IMG/VR virus record: IMGVR_UViG_3300047400_000075
Location: 1-38,121 of that record
Reading direction: 5' to 3' (one strand)
DNA: 38,121 nucleotides
DNA from: a virus
Taxonomy: Duplodnaviria > Caudoviricetes
The notes under the pieces are model-generated. The model was given only the letters and a program-made list of their open reading frames with translations, was not told where the DNA came from and did not search any database. How positions within the stretch are numbered: the stretch's first letter is position 1; each line of letters opens with the position of its first letter. A program made the translations under genes and the position numbers. Below are positions 25,302 to 33,754 of the stretch, piece after piece.

Positions 25302-25684
25302 GCCTGCACCGTCGAGGATGGCGCCTTGACGCGCTCGAAATGGCCCATGTCTTTCTGCTGCCAACGGCCACCCCACCGCAAACCGACCGACTCGCCAATC
25401 TGGCCGATGCGCTGCCAAATCGGATCACCGGCATCCCACGCGAGCTTGTCCGGCCCGCGCAGGTCGTATTGGCTGTAGGGGCAGAGATCGATCGCGTCCC
25501 CGTCAATGTGCAGGCTATGGGCTGTCCACGAGACACCCTTGGCGAGATTGGCTTGATGCTCGGCCAGTGTGCGCCGTGTCTCCACGATAATCACGGGAAT
25601 GTTGGCTTCCACCAGACGCGCCAACAGTTCGATGGCGAGCGGCTTGAACGCGGGCGAGAGATCGTCAAGTAGGCGACTACTCAC
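25298..25684 (-). CDS. Endolysin, M15 (L-Ala-D-Glu) metallopeptidase
   Basis: ETRRT..Q, SLHIDGDAID, GLRWGGRW..DMGHFE; GTG 25684. Confidence 0.9.
   Translation of the reverse strand: MSSRLLDDLSPAFKPLAIELLARLVEANIPVIIVETRRTLAEHQANLAKGVSWTAHSLHIDGDAIDLCPYSQYDLRGPDKLAWDAGDPIWQRIGQIGESVGLRWGGRWQQKDMGHFERVKAPSSTVQA
25646..25683. repeat. 38-bp direct repeat (endolysin 5' end)
   Basis: 36/38 identical to 27154-27191. Confidence 0.93.
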
Positions 25685-26460
25685 CGCGGCAGCTCCGCGA
25701 CCGGCTTCCACGTCGTGAGGCTTCCAGTCGGATCGCATCGACGGATGCCGAACCGATCCTGATCGCCAGTCGTGAGCCCGTCCCTGTACTGGTAGTAACA
25801 GGCCGAGAGCGCGCCGTGCGCCTGAATGTCGAGCATCCGCTGAGTGGCCAAGCGGAACACATCGGCGTCTGTGTAGGTCGCGCAGTTCCCCGGCCACCAC
25901 TTCGGCAACCAGCGCCACCGCGGCGGCTGCTTCCCGGTGTGATACCCGAACTCCGTGCAGATCCAGCGCCGATCACCGACGAGGGACAGGAACCGCGGCC
26001 AATCCGGCGCCTCGTAGACGTGCGCGCTGATGCCGATGACCGGCACGGGCCCGAGCGCCTCGAGCATCTTCTCGAGCCAGGCCAGCGCGGATCCGGAGAC
26101 GTTCGAGATCGCCCCGATCCACAACTGACAACCGTTCTCATAGGCAATGACCGCCGCGTTCCGCGCCATCTCGGCGTAGTCGGTGGGCGGGATGTGGACG
26201 TCGACATTCCCGTCCGGCTCGTTCGCCAGTTCGACATCACAGCCCGCCAGCGCCGTGCCCAGGTCTCGCAACTGCCCGGCGTCACGCACGACGACGACCG
26301 GCCACAGGCCCGCCAGACGCGCCTCCGCGATGGCCGAGCCGATGCGCGCCGCGTCGTCGCCCAGGCTCCACGTCGTGAACCGCACCAGTTTCCAACCGCG
26401 CTCACGCACGGCGAGGAGGTCATCTGCCGACATGCCGAGTCCGTTCAGGCCGAGGTCCAT
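25681..26460 (-). CDS. Clan GH-A glycoside hydrolase
   Basis: ELANEPD (acid/base), SAHVY, WICTEFGY (nucleophile), YQY..FGI. Confidence 0.8.
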   Translation of the reverse strand: MDLGLNGLGMSADDLLAVRERGWKLVRFTTWSLGDDAARIGSAIAEARLAGLWPVVVVRDAGQLRDLGTALAGCDVELANEPDGNVDVHIPPTDYAEMARNAAVIAYENGCQLWIGAISNVSGSALAWLEKMLEALGPVPVIGISAHVYEAPDWPRFLSLVGDRRWICTEFGYHTGKQPPRWRWLPKWWPGNCATYTDADVFRLATQRMLDIQAHGALSACYYQYRDGLTTGDQDRFGIRRCDPTGSLTTWKPVAELPR

Positions 26461-26774
26461 TACTGCGCTCGGCGTTCCTGGTTGATCACGAAGCCAGGCC
26501 AGTCCGCGCCCCATTTGCCGCTGTGCCAGTCGGCCACGTCCTCCGCCATGTCGATGGACGGATAGCGGGCCTGCAAAGCGGTGGTATCCCCGTAGGCAAG
26601 ACCGTGATAGCCCTGGGCGGTCGGTGTCGGCGTCGGCGCCGGTGCGGGCTCAGGCGCTGGAGACGACGGCGCCGAGCCCAGACGCGACAGCGCCTCAGCC
26701 AGCGACAGCTCCACCGTGGTCGTCTGGCCTTCCTGCTCGGTGATCTCGGTGAGGCGGAGAAAGGTGCGTGGCAT
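26460..26774 (-). CDS. Hypothetical protein with Pro-rich linker
   Basis: PAPEPAPAPTPTPT; coupled. Confidence 0.6.
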   Translation of the reverse strand: MPRTFLRLTEITEQEGQTTTVELSLAEALSRLGSAPSSPAPEPAPAPTPTPTAQGYHGLAYGDTTALQARYPSIDMAEDVADWHSGKWGADWPGFVINQERRAQ

Positions 26775-27059
26775 TCAGGCCGCCTTCTTGACGAGGATGG
26801 CCTTGAGTGCGGCTTCCGCTTCGATGAGGTCATGTCGGAGCGCGGCCACCTTTTCGATGGCCGTCTTGACCGCCTCGTCGTTCAGGAGGTCTTTCCCGAC
26901 GCTGAACTCCGCGAGGGCGACCGAATCGGGAATCGAATCGATCACGGCCTGTACCTTGGCGTCCTTCGGGGCGTCCTTGACCTTGGAGACGATGCCCATC
27001 ACGCCGCCGATCACGGCAGGCAACTTCAACGCGAATCCAAGAATGTCCTGCGCCTTCAT
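26775..27059 (-). CDS. Hypothetical amphipathic protein in the lysis region
   Basis: Hydrophobic N-terminus, C-terminal coiled coil. Confidence 0.6.
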   Translation of the reverse strand: MKAQDILGFALKLPAVIGGVMGIVSKVKDAPKDAKVQAVIDSIPDSVALAEFSVGKDLLNDEAVKTAIEKVAALRHDLIEAEAALKAILVKKAA

Positions 27060-27063
27060 GTGA

Positions 27064-27192
27064 CTACCCTTTCAGCCGACCTGGTGTCGGCACAATCTGG
27101 CCGGCGACGAAGGCCCCGACCACGCTTCCAAGATGGATACACGCTTGCCCGAGGAACGCGGGCGAGAGGTCGTCAAGCAGGCGACTACTCAT
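27064..27192 (-). pseudogene. Truncated/chimeric copy of the endolysin start (42 aa)
   Basis: MSSRLLDDLSPAF matches the endolysin N-terminus, then diverges. Confidence 0.6.
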
Positions 27193-27493
27193 CGCTGCCC
27201 GCCTTCTGCCGCGAGCACCGCATATCCAGCCCCAAACGCGCCTCAGCATCTCTCGCGGCAAGCTCAGCATAACCAGCCAAATCCCTAAAATGGTCTGGCC
27301 ATGACGCTTGCCCACTCATGATCCTGGCGAGCTTGCACGCGATCATGTCCAGCGCCTCCCGCTGCACATGGGTGGCGTTCTCCCAGCCTTTCGACTGGCG
27401 GAACTGACTACGGAGCATTTGACCATAGCGGGCATTGTCTTCAAACTTGCCGTGGGTCGTGCCGCGCTCCGTCAACAGGGCGTCTGTAGTCAT
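27185..27493 (-). CDS. DUF6378-like protein
   Basis: LTERGTTHGKF..EALDMIACKLARI..DHFRDLAGYAEL. Confidence 0.8.
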   Translation of the reverse strand: MTTDALLTERGTTHGKFEDNARYGQMLRSQFRQSKGWENATHVQREALDMIACKLARIMSGQASWPDHFRDLAGYAELAARDAEARLGLDMRCSRQKAGSDE

Positions 27494-27894
27494 GCTCTCA
27501 CCAAGAGTGATTGGGCTGTCCACTTGTAATGCCTCAGGTAATCGTCTGGCTCCAGCCACATCTCCATGTTGCCGTCGATGATGCGACCGGCCCAGAGAAA
27601 CACGACGTGCGATACTTTCGGCTTGCGGACGTGCAGGATGCCGGTATCCTCGCTGATGTCGTAACGGCCGGCCCGCTTGATCGTCGTCTCGACGCCCAGG
27701 GCCTCACACGCCTTCCGAATCTCCGGCCACGTCATCCCGAACAGCAGGACATCCGGCGCCACCGTCACACAGGCCGCCAGCGATTCCTCGTAGTTGATGC
27801 CGCAGAGCGTGGCAATCGTCGCCACAGCACAATCGGCGTTGTGGCCGTTCTGCCGCATGGCCTTGAGATAGAACGGCGGCAGCGCATCAGTCAT
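27490..27894 (-). CDS. C39-like cysteine peptidase
   Basis: Q..DCAVATIA, SHVV, IIDG (Cys-His-Asp order). Confidence 0.7.
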   Translation of the reverse strand: MTDALPPFYLKAMRQNGHNADCAVATIATLCGINYEESLAACVTVAPDVLLFGMTWPEIRKACEALGVETTIKRAGRYDISEDTGILHVRKPKVSHVVFLWAGRIIDGNMEMWLEPDDYLRHYKWTAQSLLVRA

Positions 27895-28045
27895 GGCCCA
27901 CCGAGAAGTAGACCCACGCGATGTTGGACACCGCTGGGCCGAGCCAGATAACCGCCTTCGCGAACTGGCGGTCGAATCCGTACGCCAGCGCAGCAGTGCA
28001 TTCCAGGCCAGACACGAGCAGGATGAGCCAATCCCCGAGCGGCAT
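27887..28045 (-). CDS. Small two-TM membrane protein (52 aa)
   Basis: Own translation MPLGDWLILLVSGLECTAALAYGFDRQFAKAVIWLGPAVSNIAWVYFSVGHD. Confidence 0.55.
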   Translation of the reverse strand: MPLGDWLILLVSGLECTAALAYGFDRQFAKAVIWLGPAVSNIAWVYFSVGHD

Positions 28046-28260
28046 CACAGCAACCGATACGCGATGCAGCGCATCTTGCGACCACGGTCCTTGATGTCTG
28101 ACAGCTTGTAGGTCTTGACGGCCTTACCGGCCTGTATGAGATTGGACAGGCGATACCCCGCTGCACGCGGCGTCATGCCAAACAGCTCGGCAAATTCCCG
28201 CAACGTGAGCGCCGATTGATCGTTCTCCAGCGGCACGCCCGCCTCCGACAACGCCTTCAT
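28045..28260 (-). CDS. Small winged-helix protein (start uncertain)
   Basis: LTLREFAELFGMTPRAAGYRLSNLIQAGKA. Confidence 0.6.
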   Translation of the reverse strand: MKALSEAGVPLENDQSALTLREFAELFGMTPRAAGYRLSNLIQAGKAVKTYKLSDIKDRGRKMRCIAYRLL

Positions 28261-28282
28261 CCACGCCGATCTGTCGATGCCG

Positions 28283-29152
28283 CTACTCTTCGGCGCTTCG
28301 GTCGAGGCTCCAGACCTTACGTCGATAGTAGTGCTCCTCGTCTCCGCGCCGAATACAGATGCCTCCAAATTGCGGTTCGGCCAATCTGGCGCCGGCGATC
28401 TTCCAGGCGTAACTCGTCTTGCCTTGCCATGCTGGCGTAACGATCCCTGCGGCATATCCCCTCGCGCTGTCCAAGTCCACGGCCATGCTGCGGTGTCGAT
28501 GCGAACGCACAATGTAGTCCGGCGGGTCACGCCGCCACCGTGCCGCTTCGACGTAGGTCGCTGTCAGTTCGGCGTTGATGGCGCTGGCTTCGTGCGCGGC
28601 GGACGCGGTTGTGCCGATGTGATGGAGCAGATGCACCAATGGCCCGCCAAGACCGCCTACGCGCTTCCACAGGTCATAGCGGGCGTGCTGGCCCTGACTA
28701 TTTGGTTTTGCACCAAGACGACGTGCCAGCATCTCTTCGTAGACGCTGGACTGTCCGACGTGTGCGCCTGTGCCTCTGATGTGGTAGTAGGTGCCACCGC
28801 TCTCTTTGCATGCCGCAACGATGGGCGCCAGACACGCTTCCGCGATGCGGAGCTGATCCTCGATGTTGTGGCTAATCTGCGTCGTGCTGTTGTGATGCAC
28901 GCCGTCGATCACGTCTCCGTTATGCACCAAGTCGAATGCTTCCCCGCGTGTGACCTCTGGTACCCAGACATCCCAGAACTCACGCCAGAGTCGCCACATG
29001 GCGACTTGAAAAGGGCTCTGGTGATAGGTGCCGCCATCATCGAGCGGAATAGCCCCAGGTGGGCACAGGCCCAATCGACAGCCGCAATGGGTGTCTGAGA
29101 TGACAATTAGATTCGGCGGGTCTTTCGGAGTGGGACGTGCTTTGCGACTCAT
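28283..29152 (-). CDS. Calcineurin-like metallophosphoesterase
   Basis: ISDTHCG, NGDVIDG, RGT..H, HH, SHRH. Confidence 0.85.
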   Translation of the reverse strand: MSRKARPTPKDPPNLIVISDTHCGCRLGLCPPGAIPLDDGGTYHQSPFQVAMWRLWREFWDVWVPEVTRGEAFDLVHNGDVIDGVHHNSTTQISHNIEDQLRIAEACLAPIVAACKESGGTYYHIRGTGAHVGQSSVYEEMLARRLGAKPNSQGQHARYDLWKRVGGLGGPLVHLLHHIGTTASAAHEASAINAELTATYVEAARWRRDPPDYIVRSHRHRSMAVDLDSARGYAAGIVTPAWQGKTSYAWKIAGARLAEPQFGGICIRRGDEEHYYRRKVWSLDRSAEE

Positions 29153-29325
29153 GCCTGCGGCAAAACTGTCACAGGACTATCCGTCAGCACCCGCAGCACG
29201 ACGTTGGAGACGGTCTGCACGGGGACGCCGTATTTCGGTGGGAGGTAGCCGCTGACTTGTGCGGCCCCAAGGAGCAGGTTGACCCAGAAGGTCTTGGACT
29301 TCCAGATCGGTTTCGGATCGGCCAT
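29149..29325 (-). CDS. Small holin-like membrane protein (58 aa)
   Basis: KPIWKSKTFWVNLL...NVVLRVLT; GGGAG SD before ATG 29325. Confidence 0.65.
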   Translation of the reverse strand: MADPKPIWKSKTFWVNLLLGAAQVSGYLPPKYGVPVQTVSNVVLRVLTDSPVTVLPQA

Positions 29326-29368
29326 AGCGTCTCCCGCGTTCACAGGATGGGCACAATCAGGCCCCGAT

Positions 29369-29377
29369 AGTATAGCA
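29369..29377 (-). promoter_or_regulatory. Extended -10 promoter for the lysis/accessory block
   Basis: TGcTATACT about 44 nt upstream of ATG 29325. Confidence 0.5.
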
Positions 29378-29647
29378 GGTTTTGCGAAGGCTGGCGTCAG
29401 ACTGTCAATCTGTCCGGTGGGACTCAGGAGGACTTCCGCCGAGCACCCAGCACATAAGGCCGTCAACTGGACGACGCACGGTCCGCGCGTGGCCCAGCTC
29501 ACCACCGACAGCGCCGACCCGCAAGGACAGGACGGCAGAAAGACTTGCGCGTCTACCATCCGAACGGGCTGCCGTTCTGCCAGACGAGCCATGTCAGCCA
29601 CAGCGTGAGCGACGCCCACACGACGCGACCGGGCGTGACGCGCATGG

Positions 29648-29998
29648 CTACTTGATGACCAGCTCGAGGATGGCCGCCACGACCGCGCCGACCACCAGCA
29701 GGATCAGCCATTTGCCGCCCGACTGGAGCGTATCCACGGCGTCGGTAATCTTGTCCAGCTTCAAGTCAAGCTGCACGCTCAGCGCCTTGATGTCGGCCGT
29801 GACCGTGTGCTGGGCGTATTGGAGCTGTTCTTTCGTCGCTGCCGTCTCACGCAAATCTGACAAGCCGGACGACAACTGCCCGATGACAATCTCATGACGG
29901 GCCAAGGTGCCCTCGTGGACCGTCACCATATCCCCAATCTTGTGCAGTCGGCCACGAAGCGCCTCGACGCCTCCCAGCGGTTCATCGTCGTGGCTCAT
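29648..29998 (-). CDS. Coiled-coil protein with C-terminal TM helix (holin/XhlA-like)
   Basis: KWLILLVVGAVVAAILELVIK; follows the tail fibre gene. Confidence 0.65.
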   Translation of the reverse strand: MSHDDEPLGGVEALRGRLHKIGDMVTVHEGTLARHEIVIGQLSSGLSDLRETAATKEQLQYAQHTVTADIKALSVQLDLKLDKITDAVDTLQSGGKWLILLVVGAVVAAILELVIK

Positions 29999-30019
29999 GT
30001 CCGTCTCCCAGGGGATCGC

Positions 30020-31087
30020 CTACCACAGCTTGACCCACGACACGCGGGAGGCTTCCGCCGCCGTGGAGGATCCAAACGCCACATTGGTCGTCACGGCTTG
30101 CCCGTAGACCGTCAAGGCATCCGTCGCGGCCAATGTCAAGACCGCCGTTATGGTGGGACACGCCGCGCTCACGCTAGACCCGTCCGACTTAAACTTCGAG
30201 GTTTGGATGGTTGTGCCGTTCTTGTTGAGGTGTAGATACAGCACCACGTTCGAGAGCGTCGTCCATGACGCATTTGCCGTGACCGTGATCAAATAGGTGC
30301 CGTCGGCCCCGGTGCCAATGGTCAAGGCATTGGTCGCGAACATGCTGCCGACATCCGCGACTTCCGTGTCGAAGGTGAGCTGGGTCGTATTCCCCGCCGT
30401 CACCGTCTGCGCGGCGCTGTTGTAGGCACTCCCGCGCGGCTGCGTCGGGCTGTCGATAAAGTTCGTGCTGTCGAACTCCAGCGTCTTGATGCCGTTCACC
30501 GCCACCGCGATATTGTTCGCACCAATGCGATACATCCCCGTGTCGGTATCGCTGGCGAATGTCACCCCCGGCGCCCCGACCGCGCCATCGCCCGCCTTGA
30601 CCACGGCGAACGTCGGGCTGGCCGTGGTGGACACGTCCTGATCGCCCGTGAGATTGCCGCCGAGAGTCAGGGTGCGATTGGCGTCTCCGGTCGTAACCGT
30701 CAAGGTTCGGTCAGCCGTCAGGTTCGACCCCGGCTTGACCGTCAGGAGATGGTCGCCGTCCGTGTCATACACCTGCAGTTCGGTGTTCTGGAACACCTTG
30801 GACCCAGGCAGATAGAAGGAATCCTGCGTGAAAACCGGCGAGCTGGGCGGATCGCTATCCGTGGACGGCGCGATCACGATCTTGTAACCGAGCGTTGGAT
30901 CGAGGAACACGGCCGGAAACAGGCCATTGCTGTCCGCCTGCACCGGGTTGCTGTTCGCCACCGACAATGCCGAGGTCGTATAGGTGTATTGCTTGGTGGT
31001 GGTCCCCGGCTGATAGAAGAACGCCTTCAGCCCACTGGTGAGCGGGAATCCCAACCGGGGAAGGGGGCAGGCAATACCTACAGACAT
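30020..31087 (-). CDS. Tail fibre/spike with head-binding N-domain and C1q-like tip
   Basis: FFYQPGTTT..TY..ANSNPVQADSNG; PGVTFASDTDTGMY; LTFDTE..GTYLIT..VKLW. Confidence 0.8.
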   Translation of the reverse strand: MSVGIACPLPRLGFPLTSGLKAFFYQPGTTTKQYTYTTSALSVANSNPVQADSNGLFPAVFLDPTLGYKIVIAPSTDSDPPSSPVFTQDSFYLPGSKVFQNTELQVYDTDGDHLLTVKPGSNLTADRTLTVTTGDANRTLTLGGNLTGDQDVSTTASPTFAVVKAGDGAVGAPGVTFASDTDTGMYRIGANNIAVAVNGIKTLEFDSTNFIDSPTQPRGSAYNSAAQTVTAGNTTQLTFDTEVADVGSMFATNALTIGTGADGTYLITVTANASWTTLSNVVLYLHLNKNGTTIQTSKFKSDGSSVSAACPTITAVLTLAATDALTVYGQAVTTNVAFGSSTAAEASRVSWVKLW

Positions 31088-31147
31088 GCTACGATCCTCC
31101 GCGCGTGTGGCGCTTGATGCTGTTGCTCGCTGTCATCGGGGCGCTCG

Positions 31148-33754
31148 CTATCGCTCAGTGTCATCAGTCTGCCCAGCCATCACTGGAATCCCTACCGGCA
31201 TGGCGCCACCCGACCTTGCGCCCGCGATGGCCGCCGCCACGCCCGCGCGCTGCGCCAGTGCGGTTCGTGCCGCCGCCGAGGCCGGCGCCTTCTGCCTCAA
31301 CATGGCCGTCAGGAACCGCACGCCACCGGGCGAATAGAGCAGCTTCCCGACCGGGGCGACCATCGCCTGCGTGATCAGATTCGTGCCCAATGTCGTGGCG
31401 GTGCCGGATGGGTTCGGGTTCTCCGAAACGCGCTTCATGAGCAGAAAGAAGTCGCCGAGGTCTTTCCGTAGATTCGGGTCGGGAAACAAGATCGCCTTGG
31501 TGGCATCGCTCATCTTGTTCCATCCCGCCGAGGCTTTCTGGGCGTGCAAGAGCTTGCCGTCCTCAAACGCGGTTTCGACTAGGTTTGACACCACGGCGCG
31601 CCCAATGTTGGGTATCTGATCGGGCGTCTGCCGGCGCACTTCGATCAGATTGCTCAAGCCCTTATTGCCCGGTCGCGTGACGGACTCGAAGACGGTCTGT
31701 GGGTTATCCGACAACAGATCTAGCGTGGCGGCTTTCTGATACTTCAGGGCTGTGGCGGCTCGCCCCTCTTTGAGCGCATCGAGGACGCCGCCGCGTTCGG
31801 CCGCAGCCGTCACCTGCCGATCCAACGCGCTGACTGCTCTCGCATACCCACCCTGCGCCTTGGTTCGCAATTCAGGAATGTCCGCCCGTGCGGCGTCTTT
31901 GAGGTCAGAGAGCACGCTATCGACATCGGACAAGCGCGCCACATCTGGCCCTTGCATGATCTTGTCCAGCGCCACCAGCAGCCGACCCCGCCCGCCCATG
32001 AGCGGCGTTAGTGCGGCTTCCCGCTTCAATGACTGATACAAAGGCGCCAGATCAGAACGTGCTTCAGTTAATCGAACTGCGCTTGGAACTTGCCGCAATG
32101 ACGGCTGCGGCTCCGTCGTCGCCCGCGTGGCTTCTCGCACGTCACCGGACCACCACTTCGTCCCAGGCCCCGCGCCTACCGCCTCAAGCGACTGTGCCAA
32201 ATCTTCGCCGCTTGTATTGCCCTTCCATGTCGCGGCGGTTTCAATGGCATCCGCCAAGTCTGACGGGCCGCTGATATGCCGGAACTCTGGATACGATTCA
32301 CGTAACCGCTCCGCCATCGACTCAAGCGAATGCCCACGGTCAGGGAAGACCACGCCACGCACACCATTGAGGCCACCCGTGGCACGTTTCGTCGTGGCAC
32401 CGCGCAACCCGGTTTCTTGTGATTGCCGACCCTTGACGACCGTTCGATCTTGCCCCTCCAGCCATCTCCGGATCTCGCCTTTTAGGCCCGTTTCTTTCGC
32501 AAGACTGATCCCGCCCTCGTCGGCAACGGCTTCCAAAATGCTGCGCGGGTTATAGTCTCCGCGCATCGACGCCATTTCCTCACGTAGGCCATTAGCCGTG
32601 GCGATCTTCTCGGCCGCTAATGGCTGAAATTCTCGAAATGTGCCCCCATATCCCTGAGATACCGCATCATCGTAAAGCACGCGCGCCACCGCGTCAGACG
32701 ATGGACGTTCACCCAACGCCGACAAGCGATCAATGGTCGCCGATGGCTCGACGGTTCTCGAGCGGACGATCGGCGCATTGGCGATCTGTGCGTCTTCCGC
32801 TGCGCGCACCTTGCTATAGGCTGCGTCCGACTCGGAATTGAGGTCGCGAATCTGCTTCGTGAGCACATCACGAATACCAGCGCCCACGTCGTAGCCAGTT
32901 TCCGTGCCTTGCACGTTCGGCGCGACCTGCTTGGCGAGCTTCTGGCCCGTCGCGCTCAACGCTTCAGCCTGCTTCTGGATCAAGGCTTCGGCTTGGCCCT
33001 CGGCGCCGAGACTGTTCGCCGCCCGCTTTTGGACATTCCGTAGATACCGGCTACCCGTGGCCGTCGCCGCATCGAGCGGCACGCCTTCACGCTCGGCAAA
33101 GGCATTGGAGGCCTGCTCGGCTGGCGTCAAGCGCGACGGGCGCGTCTGCGGCTTCGGCGTGCGCGGCGTGGCGGCTGAGATGACTCCGAGCGATCCTCCT
33201 GCTATCTCGCCCAACCCGCCAGCGACATCGCCATTCAGCACGCGCGATCCGCCATGCGTCACCATCGCGGCACTCGTCGTGCCCTGGACGGCCCGCTGGA
33301 GCGCCTGCACCTTCGGCAAAGCGAGCAGCCCCTTAAGTGCCGGCACCTCTTTGACAATGGCGCTGTCCGGCGTCAGCCCTGACAACGTGAGCGCGATACC
33401 AACGGGAGAGGTCATCGACTCGACGATGTTGCCGCCGCCCTCGACCATCCCCGCCACGGCACCACGCACCGTCTCGGTCGGATGCTGCCAGAGATTCCGC
33501 GCCACGTCCGACAGCGTGGACCATTCCAAGATCGATTGCTTGGTATTGCGGTCGGCGGTGTCGAGATGATTCGCAATGGCCCGCGCCGCCTGCCCCACAA
33601 TGGGAAGCAGGGGCGTATTGGCGGTATCCCATGCGCGACCGACGCGCGACTGCTGTGGCTGTGCTGGCGTCGGCTCTGCGACAGGCGTCCAGCCAGCCGC
33701 CGCTTCTGGCACGACCGTCCATCCAGGCGCCGGCATTATGGCTCCATCTTCCAT
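31148..33754 (-). CDS. Large DNA ejection/internal virion protein (gp16-like)
   Basis: 868 aa Ala-rich helical protein, NPNPSGTA motif, last of the ejection genes. Confidence 0.7.
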   Translation of the reverse strand: MEDGAIMPAPGWTVVPEAAAGWTPVAEPTPAQPQQSRVGRAWDTANTPLLPIVGQAARAIANHLDTADRNTKQSILEWSTLSDVARNLWQHPTETVRGAVAGMVEGGGNIVESMTSPVGIALTLSGLTPDSAIVKEVPALKGLLALPKVQALQRAVQGTTSAAMVTHGGSRVLNGDVAGGLGEIAGGSLGVISAATPRTPKPQTRPSRLTPAEQASNAFAEREGVPLDAATATGSRYLRNVQKRAANSLGAEGQAEALIQKQAEALSATGQKLAKQVAPNVQGTETGYDVGAGIRDVLTKQIRDLNSESDAAYSKVRAAEDAQIANAPIVRSRTVEPSATIDRLSALGERPSSDAVARVLYDDAVSQGYGGTFREFQPLAAEKIATANGLREEMASMRGDYNPRSILEAVADEGGISLAKETGLKGEIRRWLEGQDRTVVKGRQSQETGLRGATTKRATGGLNGVRGVVFPDRGHSLESMAERLRESYPEFRHISGPSDLADAIETAATWKGNTSGEDLAQSLEAVGAGPGTKWWSGDVREATRATTEPQPSLRQVPSAVRLTEARSDLAPLYQSLKREAALTPLMGGRGRLLVALDKIMQGPDVARLSDVDSVLSDLKDAARADIPELRTKAQGGYARAVSALDRQVTAAAERGGVLDALKEGRAATALKYQKAATLDLLSDNPQTVFESVTRPGNKGLSNLIEVRRQTPDQIPNIGRAVVSNLVETAFEDGKLLHAQKASAGWNKMSDATKAILFPDPNLRKDLGDFFLLMKRVSENPNPSGTATTLGTNLITQAMVAPVGKLLYSPGGVRFLTAMLRQKAPASAAARTALAQRAGVAAAIAGARSGGAMPVGIPVMAGQTDDTER

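Noticed and set aside
25646-27191. Diversity-generating retroelement TR/VR pair or att sites
   Set aside because: No reverse transcriptase or recombinase; the repeat is short and its differences are synonymous
23997-27894. RiPP cluster (C39 peptidase + radical SAM + Cys-rich peptides)
   Set aside because: No SPASM domain, transporter or double-glycine leader; the small ORFs fit zinc ribbons better
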